Shown: positions 39,180-49,010 of the stretch, one piece after another
Layout: each line of letters opens with the position of its first letter
How positions within the stretch are numbered: the first letter of the stretch is position 1
Origin: a bacterium
Lineage (GTDB): Bacteria > Patescibacteriota > Gracilibacteria > UBA1369 > PNNO01
Reading direction: 5' to 3'
Assembly: GCA_013824265.1 (NCBI GenBank)
Contig: PNNO01000003.1
Coordinates: forward strand, 12,902-76,901
Length of the DNA: 64,000 nucleotides
Notes under the pieces: model-generated
Told to the model about the DNA's origin: nothing
The model's database searches: none
What the model saw: the letters and a program-made list of their open reading frames with translations, nothing else
Position numbers and translations under genes: made by a program

Positions 39180-39233
39180 TTTTTCAGTTAAATATCAGGG
39201 AGATTATACTTAAGATTTCCGACGATGCCAATA

Positions 39234-41198
39234 TTAGCTTGTTGAAATTGGATCAATATCTATCCTGCAGTTATTGGGTAGTTCCAATCCTTCAATCAGA
39301 GATCTTGGATTTTCACCCTGAATTAGGATGTTCCAGCGGAATTTATTGTTTATCTTGAATATAATTGCGGGATACATGTTTATTATATTGCTGCCATCAT
39401 TTTTCTCTTTCAAAATCTCATGTGTTTTTTGAGCGGAAACTAATGCGTTTTTGGCGCTTAAATCAACAAATGTAAGTTTGAGCAAAGTTGAAAACGGAGG
39501 ATAGTTGAATATTTTACGTTGTTCTATTTCTCTTTTGAATAAGCTTTTATAGTCGTGAGTTTTAGAATACATTACGGCGTAGTTGTCGGGCATGTAAGTT
39601 TGAATAATTACATTGCTTGCTTCTCCTGTGCGACCCGCCCTGCCGGCTACCTGAGTTAATAGCTGAAATGTTCTTTCGGAGCTCCTAAAGTCCGGGAAAT
39701 GAAGTCCGATATCCGCAAGAATAACTCCAACAAGGTTTACTTCCGGGAAATGTAATCCCTTCCCAATCATTTGTGTGCCTATTAAAATGTCCAGTTCGCC
39801 TTTTTTTAATTTATTATAAATTTCCTCGAAAGATCCCTTTTTTGATACGCTGTCACGATCGACCCTTGCAACGCGTGCGTTCGGAAAAAGTTTTCTAACT
39901 TCCTCCTCGACTCTTTGGGTTCCGGCTCCGATAAATTTTATTGAATGACTTTTACATTTTGGGCACGAGAGCGGAATATTTTTTATTGCTCCGCAATGAT
40001 GACATATAAGTGATGGCCTGAATGAGTCTTGTTGTGGCAATGATTTGTGATATGTCATGGGAACGTCGCATGCCTCACATTTCTCCGTGTGGCCGCATTC
40101 TCTGCAAACTATTGCGGATGCTGATCCTCGCTTATTTAGAAATAATATGGCCTGTTTTTTTTGTTCCAATGTATGCGCTATTTCATCCTGCAATCTTTCG
40201 CTTAAGATTGAGTAATTTTGCTTTTTGAACTCCTCTCTTAAATCTATTATTTCAACCGGAGGAAGAGCTGCGTTTCCAATTCTTTCGGAGATTTCAACAA
40301 GTTCATATTCTCCGTTTGTGGCTTTGTAATACGTGGAAATTGATGGTGTTGCGCTGCCGAGGATTAGCTTGGATCCTGTTAATTTGGCCATTTTCTCAGC
40401 AACCGCTATTGCGTTATATCTTGGAGATTGGTCTTGTTTATAAGAAAATTCATGTTCTTCATCTACAATTATAAGTTCAAGATTGCTTACGGGAGCAAAT
40501 AAAGCCGATCGTGGTCCTATTATAATTGGAGTTTTTTTAAGATGAATTTTTAGCCATTCAAGCGATTTTTGTTTTTCGGTTAATCGACTGTGTAGTATTG
40601 CAACCTTGTCGCCAAAAATTCGCTGAAAATATTTTACGGTTTGTGGAGTTAATGAAATTTCCGGCACAACTATTATGCTTTGTCTGCCATTTTTCATTGA
40701 TTGTTCAACCATATGAAGATAAACCTCCGTTTTGCCGGAACTTGTTATTCCATGCAGGAGAACAGTTTTTTTATCGGAATTATTTATTTTATCTAAGGCT
40801 TTTTTTTGCGTTTCAGTTAAAAAATGTTTTTCAGAAAGTTCCAGAATATCTTCATCCTTTAAAATTTCCGCGGGATAAAACTTTGGTGGTAAGAATAATG
40901 TAAGTGCTTTTTGTATTGAGGAAAAATAATAATCCGAAATCCATTTGGCCAACTCAACCTGCCATTCTTTTAATATTGGAGTCTCGTAAATAAGTTCAGA
41001 AATCTGCTTTGTTTTGTATTCTGGAGTTTTGTTTGTCTTACCTATTACAACTCCGTTCGACTTTTTACCTCTTAAAGGGACCGCTATGTAGCTTCCAATT
41101 TCCACCTGACTTCCAAAATCCTCCGGGACTTCGTAAGTAAGAGTTTGCAGACTCTGTGGCATTTTCCTTATTAGGCAGACCTCGATGTATTGATTCAT
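39234..41198 (-). CDS. priA: Primosomal protein N' (replication restart helicase PriA).
   Basis: Walker A GITSSGKTEVY, DEEH box VDEEHEFSYKQ, Cys-rich zinc insert CRECGHTEKCEACD...CHHCG...CPKCKS. Confidence 0.9.
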   Translation of the reverse strand: MNQYIEVCLIRKMPQSLQTLTYEVPEDFGSQVEIGSYIAVPLRGKKSNGVVIGKTNKTPEYKTKQISELIYETPILKEWQVELAKWISDYYFSSIQKALTLFLPPKFYPAEILKDEDILELSEKHFLTETQKKALDKINNSDKKTVLLHGITSSGKTEVYLHMVEQSMKNGRQSIIVVPEISLTPQTVKYFQRIFGDKVAILHSRLTEKQKSLEWLKIHLKKTPIIIGPRSALFAPVSNLELIIVDEEHEFSYKQDQSPRYNAIAVAEKMAKLTGSKLILGSATPSISTYYKATNGEYELVEISERIGNAALPPVEIIDLREEFKKQNYSILSERLQDEIAHTLEQKKQAILFLNKRGSASAIVCRECGHTEKCEACDVPMTYHKSLPQQDSFRPSLICHHCGAIKNIPLSCPKCKSHSIKFIGAGTQRVEEEVRKLFPNARVARVDRDSVSKKGSFEEIYNKLKKGELDILIGTQMIGKGLHFPEVNLVGVILADIGLHFPDFRSSERTFQLLTQVAGRAGRTGEASNVIIQTYMPDNYAVMYSKTHDYKSLFKREIEQRKIFNYPPFSTLLKLTFVDLSAKNALVSAQKTHEILKEKNDGSNIINMYPAIIFKINNKFRWNILIQGENPRSLIEGLELPNNCRIDIDPISTS

Positions 41199-41297
41199 AT
41201 TATTGTTTGATAGGCCACCATTGTAGCTATCTAATCGTCATTTGTGAAGAAGAGGCTGATGTGATATAAAATATAGTTGTCTCCTAACTCCAATTTT

Positions 41298-42818
41298 ATG
41301 AAAACACCAACTACCAGGGCTCTAAAGATTTTTGCTTTATTTGCCCTGCTTGGGTCTGTTGTAGTATTTGCACTTGTTTTTGCCAAGCCGGAAATAATTT
41401 CAAAGAAATTGGATGATGTTATAAAGCATGACAAAGTTCTAAGTAGCGAAAAACCCGAAAATTTTATTGCTTTAATGGCGGCGGATACTGAGTCTGGACT
41501 AGTTAATGAATCCTATGTAACCGTTTACAATCAAAATCTTGCTCTTGTTAAGGAGGGGAGAGAGCTTGATCTTGCTCAAGGGTATAATCAGGTTAAATAT
41601 CAAGATGTTCCAAGTCAGATAAATCCTTCTTCGGTTATTTTTAGTGATACAAAATATGAGGATACGGAGGTAATTGAGCAAACTTATGAGTTTGATTTGG
41701 TTTCTCAGCAAAAATTATTGGAGAAATATATAGATGAAGAGATAAAAGTTTTTTCAAATGTTGAAGATGGAGTAAAAGAATATAGAGGAAAACTATTGAG
41801 CTATCTTGATGGAATAATGCTTGAGACCGGTGGAGGCATTGTTAGTATTAAAGATATCCAGAGTATTGAATTTTCAAAGTTACCTGAAGGTTTGATAACA
41901 AAACCTACGCTTGTATGGAGTGTATTTGCTTCACAGGCGGGAAAGAGAAATGTTTTAACGACATATCTGACCGGAGGACTTACATGGCAGGCAGATTACA
42001 TAGCTTATGTTAACGCAGACGACACTTTGGTTGATTTGAAAGGTTGGACGACAATAAATAATACGTCGGGAGCTTCATATCCAAACGCGACTTTAAAACT
42101 GGTTGCCGGAGATGTGAATATAATTCAACCTGTGGTTCAAAAATCATATTATGAAGATTATGCCATGCCTGCGATGGTGGCTGAAAGTACTGCGGGTGGA
42201 TATTCCGAGGAGTCATTTTTCGAATATCATTTGTACACTTTGGGTAGAAAAACAAATTTAAAAGATAACGAACAAAAGCAAATTTCACTTCTTAACGCCA
42301 AGGATATTTCTGTTAAGAAAGAATTTGTTTATGACAGCAATAAGGCGTGGGATAAAATTAGAGTTATGCTTGGAACTAAAAATAGTGAGGATAAGGGGCT
42401 TGGTATTCCTTTGCCAAAAGGTGTTGTGAGAGTTTACAAGCAGGATTCGGAAGGGCATTTGCAATTTATAGGAGAGGATCAAATTGACCATACTCCAAAG
42501 GATGAAGAAATAGAGGTTTTCTTGGGGAATGCTTTTGATATCTCTGTTGAAAAAACTACGCAGGAATCAAGTCGTTCGGGTGGTTTGTTGAATATTGGAG
42601 GGAGATGTGAGTATCAGGATATTGAAATAAATATTCGTAACCACAAGCAAGAGGCAATTGAAGTTAAAGTGATGGAAAATTATTGGGGTCCATCGGTAGA
42701 AATTTTGGATTCAAATTATAAATTCGAAAAAGAAGATGAATATACATATACCTTTAGAGTGCCGGTTGAAGCTGATGGAGAAAATACTCTTAAGTATACA
42801 GTTAAGCAGTGTTGGTAG
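41298..42818 (+). CDS. Secreted or anchored DUF4139/DUF4140-like protein.
   Basis: The track ORF starts at TTG 41277; ATG 41298 gives MKTPTTRALKIFALFALLGSVVVFALVFA. VTVYNQNLALVKEGRELDLAQGYNQVKYQDVPSQINPSSV resembles the DUF4140 N-terminal pattern. Confidence 0.5.
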   Translation: MKTPTTRALKIFALFALLGSVVVFALVFAKPEIISKKLDDVIKHDKVLSSEKPENFIALMAADTESGLVNESYVTVYNQNLALVKEGRELDLAQGYNQVKYQDVPSQINPSSVIFSDTKYEDTEVIEQTYEFDLVSQQKLLEKYIDEEIKVFSNVEDGVKEYRGKLLSYLDGIMLETGGGIVSIKDIQSIEFSKLPEGLITKPTLVWSVFASQAGKRNVLTTYLTGGLTWQADYIAYVNADDTLVDLKGWTTINNTSGASYPNATLKLVAGDVNIIQPVVQKSYYEDYAMPAMVAESTAGGYSEESFFEYHLYTLGRKTNLKDNEQKQISLLNAKDISVKKEFVYDSNKAWDKIRVMLGTKNSEDKGLGIPLPKGVVRVYKQDSEGHLQFIGEDQIDHTPKDEEIEVFLGNAFDISVEKTTQESSRSGGLLNIGGRCEYQDIEINIRNHKQEAIEVKVMENYWGPSVEILDSNYKFEKEDEYTYTFRVPVEADGENTLKYTVKQCW

Positions 42819-45800
42819 GACTGTAAACTTCTTTCTCTCCGGAAACATCATCATTTGCGCACATCATAGAGTAGAGGATTGGGTCTAGTAATAGGACTAA
42901 GAAGAACTGAGTTGTTAGTCCAAATATAAACGCAAATCCAAGACTTCCCCATATCTCGTCAGTCAGAGCTAATGGAAGAATTCCCATGATTGATGTTATT
43001 GTTGTTAGAAATACAGGTTGCAGGCGTGATGTGGTCCCTTCAATTATTGCGGTTCTGAATTCTACGCCTCTTCTTCTGTTATGATTCATTTGGTCAATAA
43101 GTACGATTGCATCGTTTACCACAACTCCAGCAAGGCCAACGATACCAATTACGGATGGAATTGATAAAGAAATATTCATTGCAGCCAGACCAAAGAAAAC
43201 ACCTGTTAACGCAAATGGCAAAGACAGAAGAATAATAAATGGTTGTTTGTAAGATTTAAATTGCAAAACAAGAAGCATTGCAATTAATACGATGCCGACC
43301 AATAGAGAAGTGCCGAGATCTTTAAACGACTGAGTTATTTCTTCAAGTTCGCCACCATAACTCATCTCATATCCTTGTGGGAGTGGATTTTCTTTAATTT
43401 TTAAAAGCAAGTCGTCAATTATTTCAGTTGAAGTTCTGTCTTTTACATAACTTGAAATATAAACGGCTCTTTCTGTATCAATATGACTTATGCTTGTTAG
43501 ATTTTGCGAAAAATTAATATCAACAAGGTTGCTTATAGGTACTGCTCCGGAAACAGGAGAAGTAATAAATATATTTTCCAGGTCATCCAAAGTAAGCTGA
43601 TTCTCTTCTCCTTTTTTAAGATCATATTTTACTATAACGCTTATATCTTCACCGTTTTTTCTTATTTCCGTAGCCTTTATCCCTTCAAGAGCCCCCCTTA
43701 AAACAGATCCAACCTGGCCTGCCGAAAGTCCATAAAAACTAAGCTTGCTTCTATCAACGGAAATTAAAAATTCTCCCGCGCCTTGTTCTATTGAAGTATC
43801 TACATCGAGTGTTCCTTCAATATTTTGAAGCATTACTTTTATTTCTTCCGATAATTGTTCAAGTTTATCAAGCTCCGGCCCTGTTAATTCTATAAATATT
43901 GGGGCTCCGCTTGGCGGACCACCCTGTAGGTCAGTTACCATTATTGTTGCTCCCTGAATGTTCTTTAATTTTTCGCGAATTTCATCAGCGATTTTATAAC
44001 TTTTCTTGTCACGGTCTTTTGGGTCAACCAGATTTGCCGTAATGTTCGATATATTTTCTATACTTTTTCTTGTCGAAGTAAAAAGCGAACTTCTAAGTGC
44101 TCCACCTGCGTTTGTGCCAATATTTGTCGTAAAATCTTTAACCTCCGGAATATTTATAAGAACCTCCTCAACTTTGGATGTGATTCTTTCCGTTTCCGAA
44201 AGCATTGTTCCTGCCGGAGTTTCAATGTCGATAAAGAAATAATCAAAATCACTTATTGGGAATGATTCTGTCTTTAATACGCCTGTTATGGGAAGCGAAA
44301 AACTTACCGCCATAACCGCGCACATTATTGTAAGCGTAAATATTTTTTTTGTGCGTGAATTAAGGATGTTTGTTATAAATTCTCTGTACCATTTTTGTAT
44401 TGGGCCGAATAAATTTCTCTGATCGCCCGGTTTTAAATATTTCGCAACCAGAGTTGGTGTTATTGAAAGATTTACGAAAAGAGAAGCAAGCAAAAGAACG
44501 CTTACGGTGATAGGGATTACGCTCATGTAGTCACCCATAACACCACTTACTGTAAGCATCGGAAGAAATGCAAATATTGTTGTAAGTGTTCCTGTTATTA
44601 TCGGCCATTTCAATTCGTGAATACCTAAAATTGTTGCGCCGTATGGAGTATACTTCCCGTCTCTTAAATTTTCATAAATTCCTTCTATGATTATTACCGC
44701 ATTATCAATTAAAAGTCCCAACGCAAAAACAAGGGAAAACAGCGCTATGCCATTTATGGAGTCTCCTCTTACATAAAGTACGCCGAATGTTATTAGCATT
44801 GCGAGGGGTATACTTATTCCTGCAATAATTGCTTCTTTCCATCCAAGGAAAATAAACAGAAGAATCATAATAAGTACGATTGTGCTTATTCCGTTATTTC
44901 CCATTACTCTAAAATCATCCTGTATGAAAAGCGAGTTATCATTACTTATATGTACCTGTACATTGGACGGTATTATAGTGCCTTTAATTTCTTCGACTTT
45001 TTCTTTTGCGCTCTCAGCTACTTTTACAATGTTCCCACCTTTTTTCTTGTAAACCTGTAGCGAAATGGAATTTTTTATTTCTTCATTATTTTTCATCCCT
45101 ATTCTTGCAATTGTAGTTTTGTCTTCAAGTTTTTCTTCTATAGTTGCTACGTCTTTTAATAAAATTGAGTTATTTATGCCTTCTGTCCCAAAAAATTGTT
45201 TAACCGGTATTTGCGCTAACTGATCAGCACTTTCAACTTGAGCGTCTATTCTAATACCATAAATATATCCATCATTTTTAATCTCTCCGATAGGAAAATT
45301 TGTGTCGGAAATTTTTATTGCGCCAACTACGTCATTTATAGTTAATCCGTAACTCTCCAAAAGTTCCTGTTTGAGACTTACAATGATTTGTCTTTGTTGT
45401 GCTCCAATTATAAGTACTTCGGAAACTCCGCTAACTTTTTTAATTTCATCTTTAACCTCTTCCGCTATTTCCTTGAACTCAGCCTCAGGAAGTTCACTGA
45501 GTAACGAGAAAGTAATTACTGATTGCTGATTTGAATCGTATGACGATACTTGTGGATCTTCCGCGTCGTCAGGCAAGCCTGCCGTGTCAACTGCAGAGTT
45601 AAGATCGCTTATGGCCTTGTCTATATCTGTTCCGGAATCAAATTGGATTGTAACCATCGAAACTCCGGCCTGTGAGGTAGAGCTTATTGTATCTATATTA
45701 TCAACGCTTTTTATAGCCGACTCCACTTTGTCAGTAACAAGAAGTTCTATGTCAGAAGGGCTTGCTCCCGGATAAATGGTTACTACCGAAGCGTATGGCA

Positions 45801-45963
45801 AATCAACTTCAGGTTGTAACTCCCTTGGAAGTCCAAATAAAGAAGTAACTCCCCATATCAATATTATGATAATTGTTAAAGAAGTTAACCTTGGGTGATT
45901 TACGAAAAAGTTCCATGGAGACGCTTTTATCTCCTTTATCTCTTCTTTACTGTAATTTGTCAT
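42802..45963 (-). CDS. RND-family efflux transporter (AcrB/AcrD/AcrF type), 12 TM.
   Basis: 1053 aa. N-terminal FFVNHPRLTSLTIIIILIWG...LPRELQPEVDLPYASVVTIYPGASPSDIE. Duplicated 6-TM halves with two large loops. Confidence 0.9.
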   Translation of the reverse strand: MTNYSKEEIKEIKASPWNFFVNHPRLTSLTIIIILIWGVTSLFGLPRELQPEVDLPYASVVTIYPGASPSDIELLVTDKVESAIKSVDNIDTISSTSQAGVSMVTIQFDSGTDIDKAISDLNSAVDTAGLPDDAEDPQVSSYDSNQQSVITFSLLSELPEAEFKEIAEEVKDEIKKVSGVSEVLIIGAQQRQIIVSLKQELLESYGLTINDVVGAIKISDTNFPIGEIKNDGYIYGIRIDAQVESADQLAQIPVKQFFGTEGINNSILLKDVATIEEKLEDKTTIARIGMKNNEEIKNSISLQVYKKKGGNIVKVAESAKEKVEEIKGTIIPSNVQVHISNDNSLFIQDDFRVMGNNGISTIVLIMILLFIFLGWKEAIIAGISIPLAMLITFGVLYVRGDSINGIALFSLVFALGLLIDNAVIIIEGIYENLRDGKYTPYGATILGIHELKWPIITGTLTTIFAFLPMLTVSGVMGDYMSVIPITVSVLLLASLFVNLSITPTLVAKYLKPGDQRNLFGPIQKWYREFITNILNSRTKKIFTLTIMCAVMAVSFSLPITGVLKTESFPISDFDYFFIDIETPAGTMLSETERITSKVEEVLINIPEVKDFTTNIGTNAGGALRSSLFTSTRKSIENISNITANLVDPKDRDKKSYKIADEIREKLKNIQGATIMVTDLQGGPPSGAPIFIELTGPELDKLEQLSEEIKVMLQNIEGTLDVDTSIEQGAGEFLISVDRSKLSFYGLSAGQVGSVLRGALEGIKATEIRKNGEDISVIVKYDLKKGEENQLTLDDLENIFITSPVSGAVPISNLVDINFSQNLTSISHIDTERAVYISSYVKDRTSTEIIDDLLLKIKENPLPQGYEMSYGGELEEITQSFKDLGTSLLVGIVLIAMLLVLQFKSYKQPFIILLSLPFALTGVFFGLAAMNISLSIPSVIGIVGLAGVVVNDAIVLIDQMNHNRRRGVEFRTAIIEGTTSRLQPVFLTTITSIMGILPLALTDEIWGSLGFAFIFGLTTQFFLVLLLDPILYSMMCANDDVSGEKEVYSPTNTA

Positions 45964-47893
45964 TTTTTGAGGTTACAGAATCTCCGTCTTTAACGGTCTT
46001 TGCTCCACTTGTAATTATTTCATCACCTTGTGATAAGCCTTCAATTATTTCAACTTCACTGCCTGAAGTTTCTCCAAGAGTTACTTTTGTCTTTATCGCT
46101 TTATTATTTAGTACAATATATACATAAGGAGTGTTTTGTTCGAAAAGAACGCTTTTAAAAGGAATCAATAATCTTGGTGACTCTGATTTTGCATCGTTAA
46201 ATAAAATGTCTGCAAACATTCCTGCAATTAGTTCATTCTTCTCGTTAGGAATAAGTATTTTAACTTCAACCTTTTTACTTACAGGATCTACGCTTGGCAA
46301 AACCTTACTTACTTTCCCTTCTTTTTCGATGCCTCCCGGAGCTGTAATTGTCACTATTTGTCCGAGTTTTACAAACGATAATTCTTCGGTTGTCAGACTC
46401 ACTGTTATATAGACTTTATTTAAATCCGCTATGGTTATGATTTTTTGAGATTGGTTTACGTAATTGCCTTCATCAAGAATTTTTTCCAAAACTGTTCCGT
46501 CAAAAGGAGCTGTTAGTATCGTTCCTCCCAAGCTTGCCTTTGCTATATCGGTCTGACCTTTAACTGAAGAAACCTGATTTTCTGCCGATACTTTTTGCAG
46601 GTTGCCTTTTGCCAAAGTGTTTGAATATTGAGCACTTGAAGCATCAATCTGTTTTGCTGCAAGGTTAATGGCGTGGTTTGCGTTATCAAGTTGTGCCTGT
46701 CCGGATTCTTCAAGTTGTTTTAATTGTTGTAGGGCTGCCGTAACCTGTTGTTGAGCCATCTCTACTCCCGTTAATGTACCTTCAGGCTGTAATTGGTTGT
46801 TAATAGCAACGGATTGTAGACTTTGATTAGTCATATATAATCCGTTTTTACTTTGATCTAAAGATGCAAGTAACGTGTTAAATGAAACATTTAATGATGA
46901 AAAATTTCCCGGATTTTCGCTGTCATCAATAATATCTTTTCCATCCTGAAGAGCATTTTGTGTATCTTCAATAAGGTTTAAGGTGTCGCTTAAAAGGTTT
47001 TTTGTATCGTTTAAATCACGGCTTCCCTGAACATCATAGTATTCATCTTTTAAATCAACATAATCATTAAATATTTCTTCAGAATAGTCTTGAAGATTGT
47101 TTAAGTCAGATGAACTTACAGATCCTCCGAGGGTTGATTGCATTCCAAGCAGGTTGTCAATTGCGTCAACTGAGCTATCAATAAGAGAGAGTGTAGAGGT
47201 TATGCTTGATAGTGATTGATCAAGAGTATTGTTAAGAGTTATGTCGGTTGTAGCGTCGGCATTGAAGTATGCTTCCTGTGCGGCCTGCAATGCGAGTTGA
47301 GCCGCCTGAACTCCTATTTTGGCAGATCTGGTTTGTTCTTCGAGTAATTTTCCTAGATTTTCATAGGCTATAAGTGCATTTTCATAATTAAGTTTAGCGC
47401 TTTCAACTCCAATGGAGGCAATTTTAGCATCCTGTGCAATTGAATTGGTTGTACTGGTATATGATTTTTTTGCGTTTTCAAGGGTTGTTAGCGCGTTGTC
47501 ATAATTTATTTGTGCGATTTCCGTACTTACAGAATCACTTATCTTTACGATTTCATTATCTTTGCTTACCAAATCGCCTTCTTCAACTTTAAAGTCCTGA
47601 AGAACTCCTGAGGCTTCGGCAGTTAATGTAGAAGATTTATAAGGAGTAACGGTTCCAACCTTTTGGAAATTAATCCTTGAAAGGGGATTGGAGCTTATTT
47701 CCATAGTCTCCACTTCTATTGGAGCTATGGTGTTTTCCTGAACATCTGAATTTCCGGAATCCTTGGGATTATTAAATAAGTATTGATACGCATAGTATGC
47801 GCCAATAATAAGTCCGATAATTATAAGAATTCTTATAATTCTTGAAAGACGCCCTTTTTTTGGCTTCTGAGTCTCTTGTGAATCTATACTCAT
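45947..47893 (-). CDS. Efflux adaptor (HlyD / membrane-fusion protein family) with an extended helical hairpin.
   Basis: N-terminal TM. Lipoyl-like halves (LTAEASGVLQDFKVEEGDLV ... LTAPFDGTVLE). Beta-barrel and MP domains at the C-terminus. About 335 aa of helical sequence lie between the lipoyl halves. 17-nt overlap with the RND gene. Confidence 0.8.
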   Translation of the reverse strand: MSIDSQETQKPKKGRLSRIIRILIIIGLIIGAYYAYQYLFNNPKDSGNSDVQENTIAPIEVETMEISSNPLSRINFQKVGTVTPYKSSTLTAEASGVLQDFKVEEGDLVSKDNEIVKISDSVSTEIAQINYDNALTTLENAKKSYTSTTNSIAQDAKIASIGVESAKLNYENALIAYENLGKLLEEQTRSAKIGVQAAQLALQAAQEAYFNADATTDITLNNTLDQSLSSITSTLSLIDSSVDAIDNLLGMQSTLGGSVSSSDLNNLQDYSEEIFNDYVDLKDEYYDVQGSRDLNDTKNLLSDTLNLIEDTQNALQDGKDIIDDSENPGNFSSLNVSFNTLLASLDQSKNGLYMTNQSLQSVAINNQLQPEGTLTGVEMAQQQVTAALQQLKQLEESGQAQLDNANHAINLAAKQIDASSAQYSNTLAKGNLQKVSAENQVSSVKGQTDIAKASLGGTILTAPFDGTVLEKILDEGNYVNQSQKIITIADLNKVYITVSLTTEELSFVKLGQIVTITAPGGIEKEGKVSKVLPSVDPVSKKVEVKILIPNEKNELIAGMFADILFNDAKSESPRLLIPFKSVLFEQNTPYVYIVLNNKAIKTKVTLGETSGSEVEIIEGLSQGDEIITSGAKTVKDGDSVTSKNDKLQ

Positions 47894-47934
47894 TTTAATC
47901 GTATGTTATTAGAGATATGAGTGTAGATCATAGC

Positions 47935-47967
47935 AAAAAAACGGATTATGTCAATGCCGATAATCGT
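47935..47967 (-). terminator. Weak hairpin plus T-run after the DUF1858-like gene.
   Basis: On the minus strand: 8-bp AT-rich stem with one bulge (47941-47949 / 47960-47967), then TTTTTT(T). It begins directly after the stop codon. Confidence 0.35.
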
Positions 47968-48189
47968 TTATTTTTCTTTTTTGACAAATTCAATGTGGTC
48001 GTTTAGTAGCTGAACGAATTTATCCACATCTATACCGTGCATTGATACACCTTCTTCTATGGTCTCAAAGTCGGCAGCATGACAACCGATACAGCCTATC
48101 TCGTGATCCATAAAAACCTCTAAAACCTGAGGATATTTATTCAAAACCTCACGTATATTCATCTCTTTTGTAATTGTTTCTTTGGTCAT
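47968..48189 (-). CDS. DUF1858-like small redox-disulfide protein.
   Basis: 73 aa. IREVLNKYPQVLEVFMDHEIGCIGCHAADFETIEEG matches the DUF1858 CxxC pattern. Confidence 0.6.
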   Translation of the reverse strand: MTKETITKEMNIREVLNKYPQVLEVFMDHEIGCIGCHAADFETIEEGVSMHGIDVDKFVQLLNDHIEFVKKEK

Positions 48190-48271
48190 ATTAATTAAGG
48201 TTATTCATATTTTATTGGGGTTCAAACTATAATTCTTTTTTTGTAATTATTCAAAGAAAAATAAGCTAGAC

Positions 48272-48299
48272 TTGACAAAGATGGTAAAAGACGTATAAT
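48272..48299 (+). promoter_or_regulatory. Near-consensus sigma-70 promoter TTGACA-16-TATAAT.
   Basis: Exact consensus hexamers at 48272-48277 and 48294-48299. The ATG at 48321 lies 21 nt after the -10. Confidence 0.6.
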
Positions 48300-48320
48300 C
48301 ACATCCTTTGATTAAAGAAT

Positions 48321-48914
48321 ATGAAATCAAGACACGAAAGAAGCAGGCTTTATTCCATACTTGATAAATATGATGAAAAACTCATAAATAAGTATCTTGA
48401 ATATGGCCCTGATGGGTTACGTGAAAAACTTGGAGTTGATTCGGATAGGCTTTGGGAGGTTATTTTTGACTACCTTGTTTTTGAGAAAGAGGTGGTAAAG
48501 CATTGTGTTAGAAATAATAGCGCGTATGTACACAACCTTTTTGTTGAAAAAGGACCTTTATTAATGCGAAAAGCTTTTAGTCTTAATGACTCAAAATATG
48601 ACGATGTCTGGGAGTATATTATGGACTATATAGGTGTTTCCAGAGGGGCTTTATATGAATATGTTACTGAAAACGCTTCAAAATACAGAGATAAGATAAG
48701 TAGCGGAGAATGTATGTCCCTTAGAGATGACCTTTGTATAAAAAATAATAAATATGAGCGTGTTTGGGGAGAAATTCTTGATGTTTTGCTTAACGCAGTT
48801 TCAACAAAAGCGTTCACGCATAGTGCTTTTGAGCACGGTATAGGGCTTTTTTCAAAGTTGTATAATCAGGGAAGAGTACAAAGGTCACTTAGATCTTCGC
48901 GGGGTAGTATTTAA
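48321..48914 (+). CDS. Hypothetical soluble protein built of three ~52-residue repeats.
   Basis: 197 aa. Motifs DRLWEVIFDYL (aa 42-52), DDVWEYIMDYI (aa 94-104) and ERVWGEILDVL (aa 146-156) are spaced exactly 52 aa apart. Each is preceded by G(P)xxLRxxL-like sequence. Confidence 0.6.
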   Translation: MKSRHERSRLYSILDKYDEKLINKYLEYGPDGLREKLGVDSDRLWEVIFDYLVFEKEVVKHCVRNNSAYVHNLFVEKGPLLMRKAFSLNDSKYDDVWEYIMDYIGVSRGALYEYVTENASKYRDKISSGECMSLRDDLCIKNNKYERVWGEILDVLLNAVSTKAFTHSAFEHGIGLFSKLYNQGRVQRSLRSSRGSI

Positions 48915-48918
48915 ACTA

Positions 48919-48995
48919 TGGTGCGCCCGGAGGGATTCGAACCCACAACCCTCGGTTCCGAAGACCGATACTCTATCCAGTTGAGCTACGGGCGC
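48919..48995 (-). tRNA. tRNA-Arg, anticodon UCG, with encoded CCA.
   Basis: Reverse complement GCGCCCGTAGCTCAACTGGATAGAGTATCGGTCTTCGGAACCGAGGGTTGTGGGTTCGAATCCCTCCGGGCGCACCA folds as a cloverleaf: 7-bp acceptor, D stem GCTC/GAGT, anticodon stem TCGGT/ACCGA with loop CTTCGGA, and a T arm with one U-U mismatch. Confidence 0.92.
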
Positions 48996-49010
48996 AGAAT
49001 TTGTAAAAGC

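Noticed and set aside
38193-39233. T-box, riboswitch or ribozyme leaders upstream of trpS (39180-39233), glmS (61477-61487), the riboflavin kinase gene (24959-25011) and pyrG.
   Set aside because: The upstream gaps are only 6-54 nt, far too short for T-box, glmS ribozyme or FMN riboswitch structures.
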